From assembly GCA_002269645.1 (NCBI GenBank), contig NIVC01002877.1:15777-79776 (forward strand): a stretch of DNA of 64,000 nucleotides. Direction: 5' to 3'. How positions within the stretch are numbered: the stretch's first letter is position 1; every line of letters begins with the position of its first letter. The notes below the pieces were generated by a model. The model was not told the DNA's origin. It ran no database searches and was given only the letters and a program-made list of their open reading frames with translations. Of this stretch, positions 21,657 to 33,236 are shown one piece after another. The translations under genes were made by a program, and so were the position numbers. The DNA comes from Macrostomum lignano (lineage: Eukaryota).

Positions 21657-22796
21657 AAGGCAACTTAGCACCAGGACTATTTTCATCTATCGGAATAGCG
21701 CGTAAAATCTATCGTAAAACGTACAGGAAAGTCGAATTCAGCACGCCAGTGAAGTAATAGACAGGCTAGGCTTATGGGCTAAGGTCTGCGATGCTTCACG
21801 CCTGCCCCTATCTTCAGCAGGTTAAGGCCGGTGGGAGGTCTGCACTCCCTGTTTGCCTCTGGCAGCCGCAGACTCTCCCACGCTGTCTCGCAAATCGACC
21901 CAGGGGTACCCGTCCCCGCGAGTGTTTAAGGCAGACCCTAGGGCTGCTGGACAGACTGTGCTCAGGTTCCGACGCTGGCCACCCATCCAATGGCTTTTGC
22001 CGAACTTGGGTATGCGGGTCTAGCTCGCCAGTCCGCAGGTTGTGTTACTGCTTATCCGCGTACTCTCTAATCCCTAAGGTGTTTGACCGTGCCCATGGAC
22101 TGGAAGGCCGGGGAGTAGTCCGGTAGCTAGCTGTATCAGCAAGCCAAATCAGGACCTGCAAGATCCAAGCGACCGAGGAATGCATCATCGCCATCTCACC
22201 GCTGACGAACAAACTCGCGATTCTGCTTTTCTCTCGCATTGCCAGCTCCATCAGTCGAGTCAATTTAGCCTTCTTCGGAAAGTGATATGAGCTGTTAAAG
22301 CAGCAACTGCCACTTGCGTGTTACTCAAGCCCTCAGTCTGAGGAAATTTTTTCCATCTGGCAGCCGGCTTTCACTCATTGGCATTCCTCCCCAATTATGG
22401 ACAACAGTCGCGAAATATGGAAGCAAGCAGAATTCTCTTCCTTGCCTGATCTTCGTTTTCGATCCGTGCAAAAATGACTGAAAGCCGCAACTGGCATTAT
22501 CGCATGCGGGGGTGGGCGGAGCTTGGCTCTATTTTAGTCGCAATTTAGGCATAACACTGCGACGTTGCTATGGGACTGCAGATGCTAATGTGCTCAGCAG
22601 TTTGACTTCTTGGATAGAGAGGGAGATAGTTGGGGTTGCTGGGCCAAAAACGGGAGCATCAATTTGGCCATGCGTCAATCAGTAGCCACGAGAGCAGTCA
22701 TCTAATTTAGCAGCACCCAGCTGAGCTACAAATACAAGCGCGGGGGCCTGAGGCTTCGCTACCCATGCAGATTAAACAGCTCTCACTGTTCCGGCC

Positions 22797-23410
22797 ATGA
22801 TCGAGTCTTCGAGAGCCATTCTGCTGCTGTTGTGGCTGCTGACCGTCGCGATTCCGCAGTGTCGCAGCGCGGCCGTCCAGCCTTCGACCGACCCGGACAA
22901 GCCGCTCGACTGGTTCCGGAGACCCGGCCTGCAAGCTGCGGTCGCCGTGGCTGCGGCTGATAAGCGGCAGTTCGACAACACGGAAGCTCTGCGCCAGGAG
23001 TTGCGCCGCATTCTGTACAGAATCGAGCACGGCAGTGGGGATTTGAGGTGAGCAGTCCCAACATTTTCTTTCAGTTAATTCCGTAGATGATCAGTTTGTA
23101 TCCAATACAATCAGCAAACTTCAGTGCTCAGTGCACCGCAGACAGTTGCAGCTATGGTGAAGCGGTGGCATTCAAAGAGGGACTCGATTTAGTTCGAGTG
23201 CAGAGCGAAACTTCTCATCAGAAAAGTTCAGAAGGGAGAATAAGTCCGACCTGAGCCTTGTAGCTTCGCTAGACGCAACTAGAAAACCGCGAGACATCCC
23301 ATCCCGACTCCGCTCTTTAAAACGCCTAGAAATACACGTACAGGCGAGATCGCATTGCATCATTTCTGAATAAAAAGCAATTGCAACACCTTTGTTGCAG
23401 GTACGGATAG
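22797..23410 (+). CDS. NPY/NPF-like neuropeptide precursor (86 aa); join(22797..23047, 23401..23410)
   Basis: Signal peptide, then a KR site and QFDNTEALRQELRRILYRIEHGSGDLR. The donor AG|GTGAGC splits the Arg codon (phase 2). The acceptor CTTTGTTGCAG|G TAC GGA TAG gives R-Y-G-stop, i.e. RYamide. Confidence 0.8.
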
Positions 23411-23931
23411 CCACGAAAGTGTGACCGTCATTTGGATCAAGCAGTGCTGCGGCGAGTTGAACTGCAAAACATTCTGGCAACCGATTGTGACAACGAGAGA
23501 TAATACATAAATGGGAAGTTAAAGTTTTTTATATAAATATATCGCTGCTGCAGACTTAACTGAATTTTATGCTGCCACTGTTTTAACATTCAAATTTAGT
23601 ATTTATAATTAATAATCCTGATAACTATGCATATAATACTTTTAGTTTATTTTTTCCACATACATGTAATAGCTCGAATTGAATTGATTGATTTAGAATG
23701 TTTCATTGTATAAAGCTTTTAAGATTTTAAGAAACAATTAACTACTCGTACCCAAGAAAGTAGTATATTAGGAATTTTTCAGACCCAAAGTACGAGCGTA
23801 TATCTGAATTCAATTTACGAGGTGGATATTGTATTTGTGCATAAGTTCTACGGGTATGGCCTTTTCTTCTAGGAGCCTACCGCATCGATTTGGCAGCGGC
23901 TAACGAGAGCTGCGGCAAAAAAACGGAAAAA

Positions 23932-25246
23932 AGCCGAGCGTTCAATCTCTTTACTGGACCTTGTGACGGCTCTTAGAGAGCCGAGTCTTCAATCTCTTTA
24001 CTGGACCTTGTGACGGCTCTTAGAGAGCCGAGTCTTCAATCTCTTTACTGGACCTTGTGACGGCTCTTAGAGAGCCGGGCCTTCAATCTCTTTACTGGAC
24101 CTTGTGACGGCTCTTAGAGAGCCGAGTCTTCAATCTCTTTACTGGACCTTGTGACGGCTCTTAGAGAGCCGAGTCTTCAATCTCTTTACTGGACCTTGTG
24201 ACGGCTCTTAGAGAGCCGAGTCTTCAATCTCTTTACTGGACCTTGTGCCGGCTCTTAGAGAGCCGAGTCTTCAATCTCTTTACTGGACCTTGTGACGGCT
24301 CTTAGAGAGCCGAGTCTTCAATCTCTTTACTGGACCTTGTGACGGCTCTTAGAGAGCCGAGTCTTCAATCTCTTTACTGGACCTTGTGACGGCTCTTAGA
24401 GAGCCGAGCCTTCAATCTCTTTACTGGATCTTGTGACGGCTCTTAGAGAGCCGAGTCTTCAATCTCTTTACTGGACCTTGTGCTGGCTCTTAGAGAGCCG
24501 AGTCTTCAATCTCTTTACTGGACCTTGTGCTGGCTCTTAGAGCCGAGCCTTCAATCTCTTTACTGGAACTTGTGACGGCTCTTAGAGAGCCGAGCCTTCA
24601 ATCTCTTTACTGGACCTTGTGCCGGCTCTTAGAGAGCCGGGCCTTCAATCTCTTTACTGGACCTTGTGACGGCTCTAAGAGAGCCGAGCCTTCAATCTCT
24701 TTACTGGACCTTGTGACGGCTCTAAGAGAGCCGGGCCTTCAATCTCTTTACTGGACCTTGTGACGGCTCTTAGAGAGCCGAGCCTTCAATCTCTTTACTG
24801 GACCTTGTGACGGCTCTAAGAGAGCCGAGCCTTCAATCTCTTTACTGGACCTTGTGACGGCTCTTAGAGAGCCGAGCCTTCAATCTCTTTACTGGACCTT
24901 GTGACGGCTCTAAGAGAGCCGAGCCTTCAATCTCTTTACTGGAACTTGTGACGGCTCTTAGAGAGCCGGGCCTTCAATCTCTTTACTGGACCTTGTGACG
25001 GCTCTAAGAGAGCCGAGCCTTCAATCTCTTTACTGGACCTTGTGACGGCTCTAAGAGAGCCGGGCCTTCAATCTCTTTACTGGACCTTGTGACGGCTCTT
25101 AGAGAGCCGAGCCTTCAATCTCTTTACTGGACCTTGTGACGGCTCTAAGAGAGCCGAGCCTTCAATCTCTTTACTGGACCTTGTGACGGCTCTTAGAGAG
25201 CCGAGCCTTCAATCTCTTTACTGGACCTTGTGACGGCTCTTAGAGA
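23932..25246. repeat. 47-bp minisatellite, ~28 copies, each with an internal palindrome
   Basis: Unit GAGCCGAG(T/C)CTTCAATCTCTTTACTGGACCTTGTGACGGCTCT(T/A)AGA. CGGCTCT-nnn-AGAGCCG spans the unit junction. Confidence 0.95.
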
Positions 25247-25933
25247 ACGAAATGAATCAGGTAAGCTTCGCCTCGGCCTGAAACTTTTGTATTGGTTGCT
25301 CCAACGAGTTGAAAGAATCCTCAGGAAAGAAGTCTGCTATCAACTGCTCTGGGACAACAAAATCGGCCTCGTGTCGACGCGATGCCGTGGCTTTGTCAGA
25401 TCTCTCAGTTAGTGGAGGATTTGTAAAGTAGTGCGGCATAGTTGTGCTGCTGAATTGAGTGGCAACCGCCTCTGGCTTCAATCTTCTCTGGGAGAGGAGA
25501 GAGCATCGGGATCATCACTAGGTTTTCCGTTTCTTCCTGTACAGGTTTCTGACTCAGCTGTCTGACTCGACGAACTGCAAAGACAGATGCGAGTGTAATT
25601 GGTTGGTTGGAACGTTGCCTTTCTAGATAGATTTCGAAGACATTTTGCAAGATCTTTTTTCTCAGGAAACCGGTGAAATGACACTTCATTCGCTATTGCC
25701 CAGAGTGTCGTTTTCGGATTTTCAGCCATATACTGGACACTTGTTGGGCATTCGGACAAATGCAAGTATTTCCCAAGGACTACTCAAAAACTCAGGACTT
25801 AAACTTGGTAGGAATCAAAGATCATATATGCATCGATAAGAATATAAGATCTATGGTAGGAATTTTTTTTCAAGGCTCGCTTGAAAGCTTTCTCTATGGT
25901 AAAAAGTCTCTACTAGATAGCGATTATGTATCA

Positions 25934-26142
25934 GATTAAACATGCCTTTTGAGGGAGTTATTTGTATAAATCACGAGGGGCCCGAGGGATTTATGAAAAT
26001 AACTCCCGAAAAAGGCATGTTTAATCTCGTATAAACCATAGACATAAAGACTTTACGGGATATTTTTGAATATTACCAAATAAAATCCCGGAGAACGCAA
26101 ATATTGTCACGGAAAGTCTTTATTTCTATGGATTATATACGA
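25934..26142. repeat. Two abutting hairpins (palindromic MITE-like sequence)
   Basis: GATTAAACATGCCTTTT..GGGAGTTATTT pairs with AAATAACTCCC..AAAAGGCATGTTTAATC (25934-26026). TCGTATAAACCATAGACATAAAGACTTT pairs with AAAGTCTTTATTTCTATGGATTATATACGA (26027-26142). Confidence 0.75.
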
Positions 26143-26166
26143 ATTGCAAAGTTTGAAGTCGTGTTG

Positions 26167-27245
26167 CTACACCTTTTACCATTCTATTTTGGCAAACGTG
26201 CAATCAAAGTCAAAATCTTTTCGTTCAATTCAGACAGTTTATGATAGTTCTTGGCCGGACGTGCATTCAATTCAGACAGTTTATGGTAGTTCTTGGCCGG
26301 ACGTGCATTCAATTCAGACAGTTTATGGTAGTTCTTGGCCGGACGTGCATTCAATTCAGACAGTTTATGGTAGTTCTTGGCCGGACGTGCATTCAATTCC
26401 GACAAATGTGCTTTCAAAAGCGACAATTTTCAAACAAAGCAAACAAGCTACCACACGAGAAACCGACACTTTGCAATCAATTCCTATGAATTGGCTTTTT
26501 CTGTCCTCTTATCCATGGCTCATACTGCAAAATTTCCAATCAATTCCGACAAATTTCAATCTATTTAGACAAGCCATTGGAGTACATACTACATGTACTG
26601 TACATTTACAGTATACTTTAAAATGCAACAGGACAACTAAAACTGAAACAGTCAGCAGAATTCATGAGGTTCGTAAAGATTCAGCAGTCAGATTTTAGCC
26701 ATCAATCGGCACTTCCGCAATGCAGCGCGGTACATAAGTCAGACAATGGTTGTACCAAGCCGTGCAGTTGGCTCTGGTGACGACGTTTACAGTACTATTC
26801 GTTACTCCCTCAAGCATATCACGCCGACATGCTGCTTTGGTGCAAGGCTAAATCTATGGGTGTTCCGAATCTCCAAGTTTCTCTCCATGATGTGTCTATG
26901 GCATTTAGTCCTGGCCCCACCCAAAGTAAAAAGTAGCTTGTCTAAATAGATTGAAATTTGTCGGAATTGATTGGAGATTTCGCAGTATGAGCCATAGATA
27001 GGAGGACAGAAAAAGCCAATTCATAGCCAACTGTCAGAATTGATTGCAAATTGTTTGAATTGATTGCAAAGTGTCGGTTTCTCGTGGTAGCTTGTTTGCT
27101 TTGTTTGAAAATTGTCGCTTTTGAAAGCACATTTGTCGGAATTGAATGCACGTCCGGCCAAGAACTACCATAAACTGTCTGAATTGAATGAAAAGATTTT
27201 GACTTTGATTGCACGTTTGCCAAAATAGAATGGAAAAAGGTGTAG
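26167..27245. mobile_element. Foldback/MITE-type element with long inverted arms
   Basis: 26167-26577 is the reverse complement of 26936-27245. The left arm has 4 copies of a 42-bp unit versus 1 in the right arm. The ends read TA|CACCTTTT...AAAAGGTG|TA, a possible TA TSD. The ~360-bp core is non-coding. Confidence 0.8.
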
Positions 27246-27257
27246 TAGAATACTGTA

Positions 27258-28212
27258 TAGCATTTTGCGTTGCACTTAAGCTTACGGGCAAATAAATCAC
27301 TTGATCCTACGTGGCAGAATTACACTGGCGAGGGCAGCTGCCGAACAAGTCCATGGCCCAAACCGTTGGCTGGCGGGCAAATTACTGCCACTGAGCTCAG
27401 ATGAGTGCCTTGGGGCACTGACTTAATCCATTCATGCTCTATCAAATCGAAGTAGAAGCTAAGGCTCGCAGCAACATGAGCTCGGAAGATGAGGCCAGCA
27501 ACGCTAGCTATGAAACTGCACCAGATGGAATTGGGGGATGACAACAACGTAGACCGTGGTCAAGGATGAGCGATGAAAAGCACAGCCTCGTCATCGACGC
27601 CCTAGACAGGGGTGAGCGGCCGGTCGGCGTTGCGCGACGGTTCCAGGTCAACATTAAGACTGTTTTGTCAATCCGAAGGCGATACGAAGTTACTGGACGC
27701 CGTCATCGATTTCCCCAAGGCCAAGGCGTGGGCCGAGTACCAAAACTTTCAGTTGCCCATGTACAGCACCTCGTTGACAAAATCAACGCTAACCCGCTTC
27801 TAACCCTAGCTCAGATGAAAAACCTGCTGCAAAACGTTTTGCTCATGTCCATGTTTTGCTCATTTTGGCTCATTGCCAGTACTGGGTTGCAGCTGCTGTT
27901 GTTTATTTTCCAACTTTGTTATGGCCAACCAACCACCTGCCTATGTTCCCTCATTTGCTCATATGTTGCTCATGTTGACCGATTAAAATTATACCCTTGC
28001 CACAACACCACCCACTGGGCGGCCGATTGAAAGCTTTTCAAACTGCGATAGAGCATGAATGGATTAAGTCTGTGCCCCAAGGCTAAAGTAAATTGCCCAC
28101 TAACCACCAGTTGAGACCATAGAATCGATCGGCAGCCGCCCTCGCCAGTGTTATTCTGGCCACTTGGGATTAAGTGATTTGCCCGTAAGCTTAAGTGCAA
28201 CGCAAAATCCTA
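27258..28212 (+). mobile_element. Non-autonomous Tc1/IS630-like DNA transposon with long imperfect TIRs
   Basis: ATTTTGCGTTGCACTTAAGCTTACGGGCAAAT... is inverted at both ends, extending ~185 bp through GCCTTGGGGCAC.GACTTAATCCATTCATGCTCTATC, and flanked by TA. The internal ORF encodes only an N-terminal HTH. Confidence 0.85.
27566..27835 (+). pseudogene. Truncated Tc1/IS630-type transposase (HTH region only)
   Basis: VIDALDRGERPVGVARRFQVNIKTVLSIRRRYEVTG...GRVPKLS...INANPLLTLAQM. No DDE domain follows. Confidence 0.75.
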
Positions 28213-29229
28213 TAGAATATATATATACATATATTTATATGGATATGCATGTTTGTGAATATACCAGGTATCGAATGTATAGCGCCTATTAGTGTCCCTG
28301 CATTTGCTCCTGGAAATATGTAAATATGGAAATATGTAAACGGCATAAGTTAAATTGAACTGAAACAGAAACAAGAACTGACACCATATAAGCCAACACA
28401 CAACAAGCAATAGTAGATGGATAAGTGACGTTTATTTGGAAGAGGAAGAGGAGATTTTTACCAGTAGAAAGTTGATAACAATGTACACGCCCCAGCAATA
28501 TGCTCGTAAAATGTATCAAACAGTAGCTGTTTAAAGCTGAACTTTCTCGATTTGCAAAAATTTCTTGTGAGATTTTTAAAAGCAAAACGCTGAATGATTC
28601 CTGCACGGTCACGAGTGATGACATCGTGACATCTAGATGACACCTAGAATCCAATAATTTGAAAAGCGAGCAACTCTACCGGAATGACATCTCGCACGAG
28701 TCAGCGTGTTGGAATTCTAATGTCGATTGACCCTTCTATGTAGATAAGAAATAGTACACCAGACCGTAAGTTTGGGTAAGCTTATGGTTCCTATCTTTTC
28801 AATTTTAAATTTCGGGGTCAAGAGGGCGGCAAGCCTATTGATTGATTTCTTATCTTCTCTCATCTCTCAAATCTCGCAATTAGTCATCTAAATCAACCAT
28901 GTTTTTATCGAAAACAAGCCTTGCACATCTAGAATAAAATATTTTTGATATTTTTAAAAGTTTTAATTTAAACATAATATTTAAATTATATATTTACAAA
29001 GGAAATTCACCTCTAATTGCCTCAACCTACCTTGATATGTCAATAAATGATGTACAGCAACGCTACCTGGCACTCGCAAACAAGAAAATTTCCAGAGAAA
29101 GTTCAGCTGCTGTTTTAGGTTTATTGTAATGTGGCGGATTTTTCTACACTGAATTTTTTATAGTGTATGGTATCGTTCCGTGACACCAGTAGTTCGTTCG
29201 ACCGCAAGTATCTGCAGGGTCTGATTGGA

Positions 29230-29700
29230 CTTGCCTGGGCTGCCTTTCGTTCCATGAGGGCAGCAGACCTGGCGTTTGAGCCCCCTACCTGACCGCCAGA
29301 AGGCGGCGTTGTTCTGCGCTAGGACCGTCCTGGTTTACGACACCGAGACTTGGACAGACTGACAGACTTGCTCGATCATCAAGTTGACGCGGCGCACGCT
29401 GGCCTCAAGGACAACTGAAGTTACGTTATATATAAAAATTACACGATACGCGAGTGTTGCGTCCTACTACTTCAGTTGTCCTTGGCTGGCCTTCAAGATC
29501 GACGGCGACAGAGCTACCAACGCGGCACTGTATCGCCGCGCCAGCCTTGATCCGTCCGTCCAAGCGACTTGTTGCGCCATCGGTGACTCCAGCTGGCAGC
29601 CATATCATAGGTGCCGAGTCGCAATACCCACTGCCGGGTGTAGCCTGCTGACCGTTTAAAGTCACATTTGCATAACACCTTTGCATGGGTTCGTCGACTG
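29230..29700 (+). mobile_element. Second RTE-like LINE remnant, interrupted by a micro-MITE
   Basis: CTGACCGCCAGAAGGCGGCGTTGTTC...GACCGTCCTG resembles 121-170, followed by AFKIDGDRATNAALYRRASL. Boundaries are approximate. Confidence 0.6.
29406..29484. mobile_element. 79-bp hAT-like micro-MITE
   Basis: Perfect 16-bp TIR CAAGGACAACTGAAGT / ACTTCAGTTGTCCTTG. The 8-bp direct repeat GCTGGCCT lies at 29398-29405 and 29485-29492. Confidence 0.7.
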
Positions 29701-30854
29701 CCTGCTGACTGGCGCCAGCGTCCGGATTCGGCCGGCGGGGTGGCCTTCGCTCGCGGCCTTGGGTGCTCAGAGGCGCACCATGTTTTTTTATAAAACTTGA
29801 CAGCGTTTTCTGTACAAAAAATCAATTTTTTCGAAATCCGTTTTGAGAACAGAACTCTGCATGCATTTGTGTTTTGCAAGTCTTCAATGATATTTTTCAA
29901 ATAAAGACTTTAATTAACTCGCGAATCAACCTCAGGTAGAACTACCTGCTCTGCTTGAAGTTGATTCGGAAGTTCAGAGGGTGAGATTTGGCGATTTTAG
30001 TCCTATAAAACTGAAAAATTCCAACCGGCCTCGGGTAAATTTTGTGAGCTCGGCGTCTTCTTCTTTAGATGTCGAGGAACAGGTCTACATGTGAAAAGGG
30101 GTGCACAGCATTGCCAGCATACAGGGCCATGGTCGCCCAGTAAGCGTCTTCAACTGGGCGCTTCATTAATCGCCTACGATGATCACTTTCGATCCAGCAC
30201 TCATGACCATCCCTAATGGATTGGCTGCCCCGAGTCAGCTCTAACTTAATTAGCGAAATCTAGAAGAGGAACCTCTTCAGAAGGCGCCCGCCCTCCGATG
30301 CGAACTCACGCCCTTCTGCCGCCCCTTCTGCGACAGAACTGGACAAGACAAGAAGCGGGCGCTGTGTCAGAAATCCGTTCAATTTTCAGCAACCGGCATG
30401 CAGCAAGGCACCGGGCGGATGCCTGAATAATGCGCTAATTATATGCCACAAAAGGTGGGCCGAGATCGCGCCTCCGTCCGGCTGGGATAATTAAAGGAAA
30501 AATCCTTCGTCATCAATCAGCGGCCCGTTGCCAAAAGATCTGGATTTCTCCGAATCCCAAAGCACAGTATTCTCAGAAATGGATCACATGCTCCGCGTCT
30601 CAACAACACCCTATTATCCTTGACTTGTTTTGGTTAACAAGCGAGGAAAAGTTTCCGGCCCGTTTGTTTTTCTGTCAATCCCGTCCTTTACCTCATGTTT
30701 TCCGCATCACTTTTCCTTTTGTAGCACCCGCGCTGTCTTGGGAAACTGACTCTGTGTGTGACAGCATGCGTTGAGGAGTTAGAGACAGCTAAAGCTTTAG
30801 GATTTTAAGATTAGGGCGAGGTTGGCAGTCAACTTGTGTCAGTAAATCGCTGTT

Positions 30855-33236
30855 AGTCAATTGTCATTGGCAGGCAGATTGCAGTCAGTCAATTGTCATC
30901 GGCAGTCAGATTGCAGTCAGTCAATTTTCATCGGCAGGCAGATTGCAGTCAGTCAATTCTCATCGGCAGGCAAATTGCAGTCAGTCAATTGTCATCGGCA
31001 GGCAGATTGCAGTCAGTCAATTGTCATCGGCAGGCAGATTGCAGTCAGTCAATTTTCATTGGCAGGCAGATTGCAGTCAGTCAATTGTCATCGGCAGGCA
31101 GATTGCAGTCAGTCAATTTTCATCGGCAGGCAGATTGCAGTCAGTCAATTCTCATCGGCAGGCAAATTGCAGTCAGTCAATTGTCATCGGCAGGCAGATT
31201 GCAGTCAGTCAATTTTCATTGGCAGGCAGATTGCAGTCAGTCAATTGTCATCGGCAGGCAGATTGCAGTCAGTCAATTGTCATCGGCAGGCAGATTGCAG
31301 TCAGTCAATTCTCATCGGCAGGCAAATTGCAGTCAGTCAATTGTCATCGGCAGGCAGATTGCAGTCAGTCAATTGTCATCGGCAGGCAGATTGCAGTCAG
31401 TCAATTTTCATTGGCAGGCAGATTGCAGTCAGTCAATTGTCATCGGCAGTCAGATTGCAGTCAGTCAATTTTCATCGGCAGGCAGATTGCAGTCAGTCAA
31501 TTCTCATCGGCAGGCAAATTGCAGTCAGTCAATTGTCATCGGCAGGCAGATTGCAGTCAGTCAATTGTCATCGGCAGGCAGATTGCAGTCAGTCAATTGT
31601 CATCGGCAGGCATATTGCAGTCAGTCAATTGTCATCGGCAGGCAGATTGCAGTCAGTCAATTTTCATTGGCAGGCAGATTGCAGTCAGTCAATTGTCATC
31701 GGCAGGCAGATTGCAGTCAGTCAATTGTCATCGGTAGGCAGATTGCAGTGAGTCAATTGTCATCAGCAGGCAGATTGCAGTGAGTCAATTGTCATCAGCA
31801 GGCAGATTGCAGTCAGTCAATTGTCATCGGCAGGCAGATTGCAGTCAGTCAATTGTCATCGGCAGGCAGATTGCAGTCAGTCAATTCTCATCGGCAGGCA
31901 GATTGCAGTCAGTCAATTCTCATCGGCAGGCAGATTGCAGTCAGTCAATTGTCATTGGCAGGCAGATTGCAGTCAGTCAATTCTCATCGGCAGGCAGATT
32001 GCAGTCAGTCAATTCTCATCGGCAGGCAGATTGCAGTCAGTCAATTGTCATTGGCAGTCAGATTGCAGTCAGTCAATTGTCATTGGCAGTCAGATTGCAG
32101 TCAGTCAATTGTCATTGGCAGTCAGATTGCAGTCAGTCAATTCTCATCGGCAGGCAAATTGCAGTCAGTCAATTCTCATCGGCAGGCAAATTGCAGTCAG
32201 TCAATTGTCATCGGCAGGCAGATTGCAGTCAGTCAATTTTCATTGGCAGGCAGATTGCAGTCAGTCAATTGTCATCGGCAGGCAGATTGCAGTCAGTCAA
32301 TTGTCATCGGCAGGCAGATTGCAGTCAGTCAATTCTCATCGGCAGGCAAATTGCAGTCAGTCAATTGTCATCGGCAGGCAGATTGCAGTCAGTCAATTGT
32401 CATCGGCAGGCAGATTGCAGTCAGTCAATTTTCATTGGCAGGCAGATTGCAGTCAGTCAATTGTCATCGGCAGTCAGATTGCAGTCAGTCAATTTTCATC
32501 GGCAGGCAGATTGCAGTCAGTCAATTCTCATCGGCAGGCAAATTGCAGTCAGTCAATTGTCATCGGCAGGCAGATTGCAGTCAGTCAATTGTCATCGGCA
32601 GGCAGATTGCAGTCAGTCAATTGTCATCGGCAGGCATATTGCAGTCAGTCAATTGTCATCGGCAGGCAGATTGCAGTCAGTCAATTTTCATTGGCAGGCA
32701 GATTGCAGTCAGTCAATTGTCATCGGCAGGCAGATTACAGTCAGTCAATTGTCATCGGTAGGCAGATTGCAGTGAGTCAATTGTCATCAGCAGGCAGATT
32801 GCAGTGAGTCAATTGTCATCAGCAGGCAGATTGCAGTCAGTCAATTGTCATCGGCAGGCAGATTGCAGTCAGTCAATTGTCATCGGCAGGCAGATTGCAG
32901 TCAGTCAATTCTCATCGGCAGGCAGATTGCAGTCAGTCAATTCTCATCGGCAGGCAGATTGCAGTCAGTCAATTGTCATTGGCAGGCAGATTGCAGTCAG
33001 TCAATTCTCATCGGCAGGCAGATTGCAGTCAGTCAATTCTCATCGGCAGGCAGATTGCAGTCAGTCAATTGTCATTGGCAGTCAGATTGCAGTCAGTCAA
33101 TTGTCATTGGCAGTCAGATTGCAGTCAGTCAATTGTCATTGGCAGTCAGATTGCAGTCAGTCAATTCTCATCGGCAGGCAAATTGCAGTCAGTCAATTCT
33201 CATCGGCAGGCAAATTGCAGTCAGTCAATTGTCATT
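30855..33236. repeat. 32-bp satellite, ~74 copies, with 1024-bp higher-order repeat
   Basis: Unit GTCAGTCAATTGTCATCGGCAGGCAGATTGCA. The rare variant block GTAGGCAGATTGCAGTGAG recurs at ~31734 and ~32758, 1024 bp apart. Confidence 0.95.

Noticed and set aside
23932-25246. CRISPR-like array of palindromic repeats
   Set aside because: The units abut with no unique spacers, there are no cas genes and the context is eukaryotic. It is a minisatellite.
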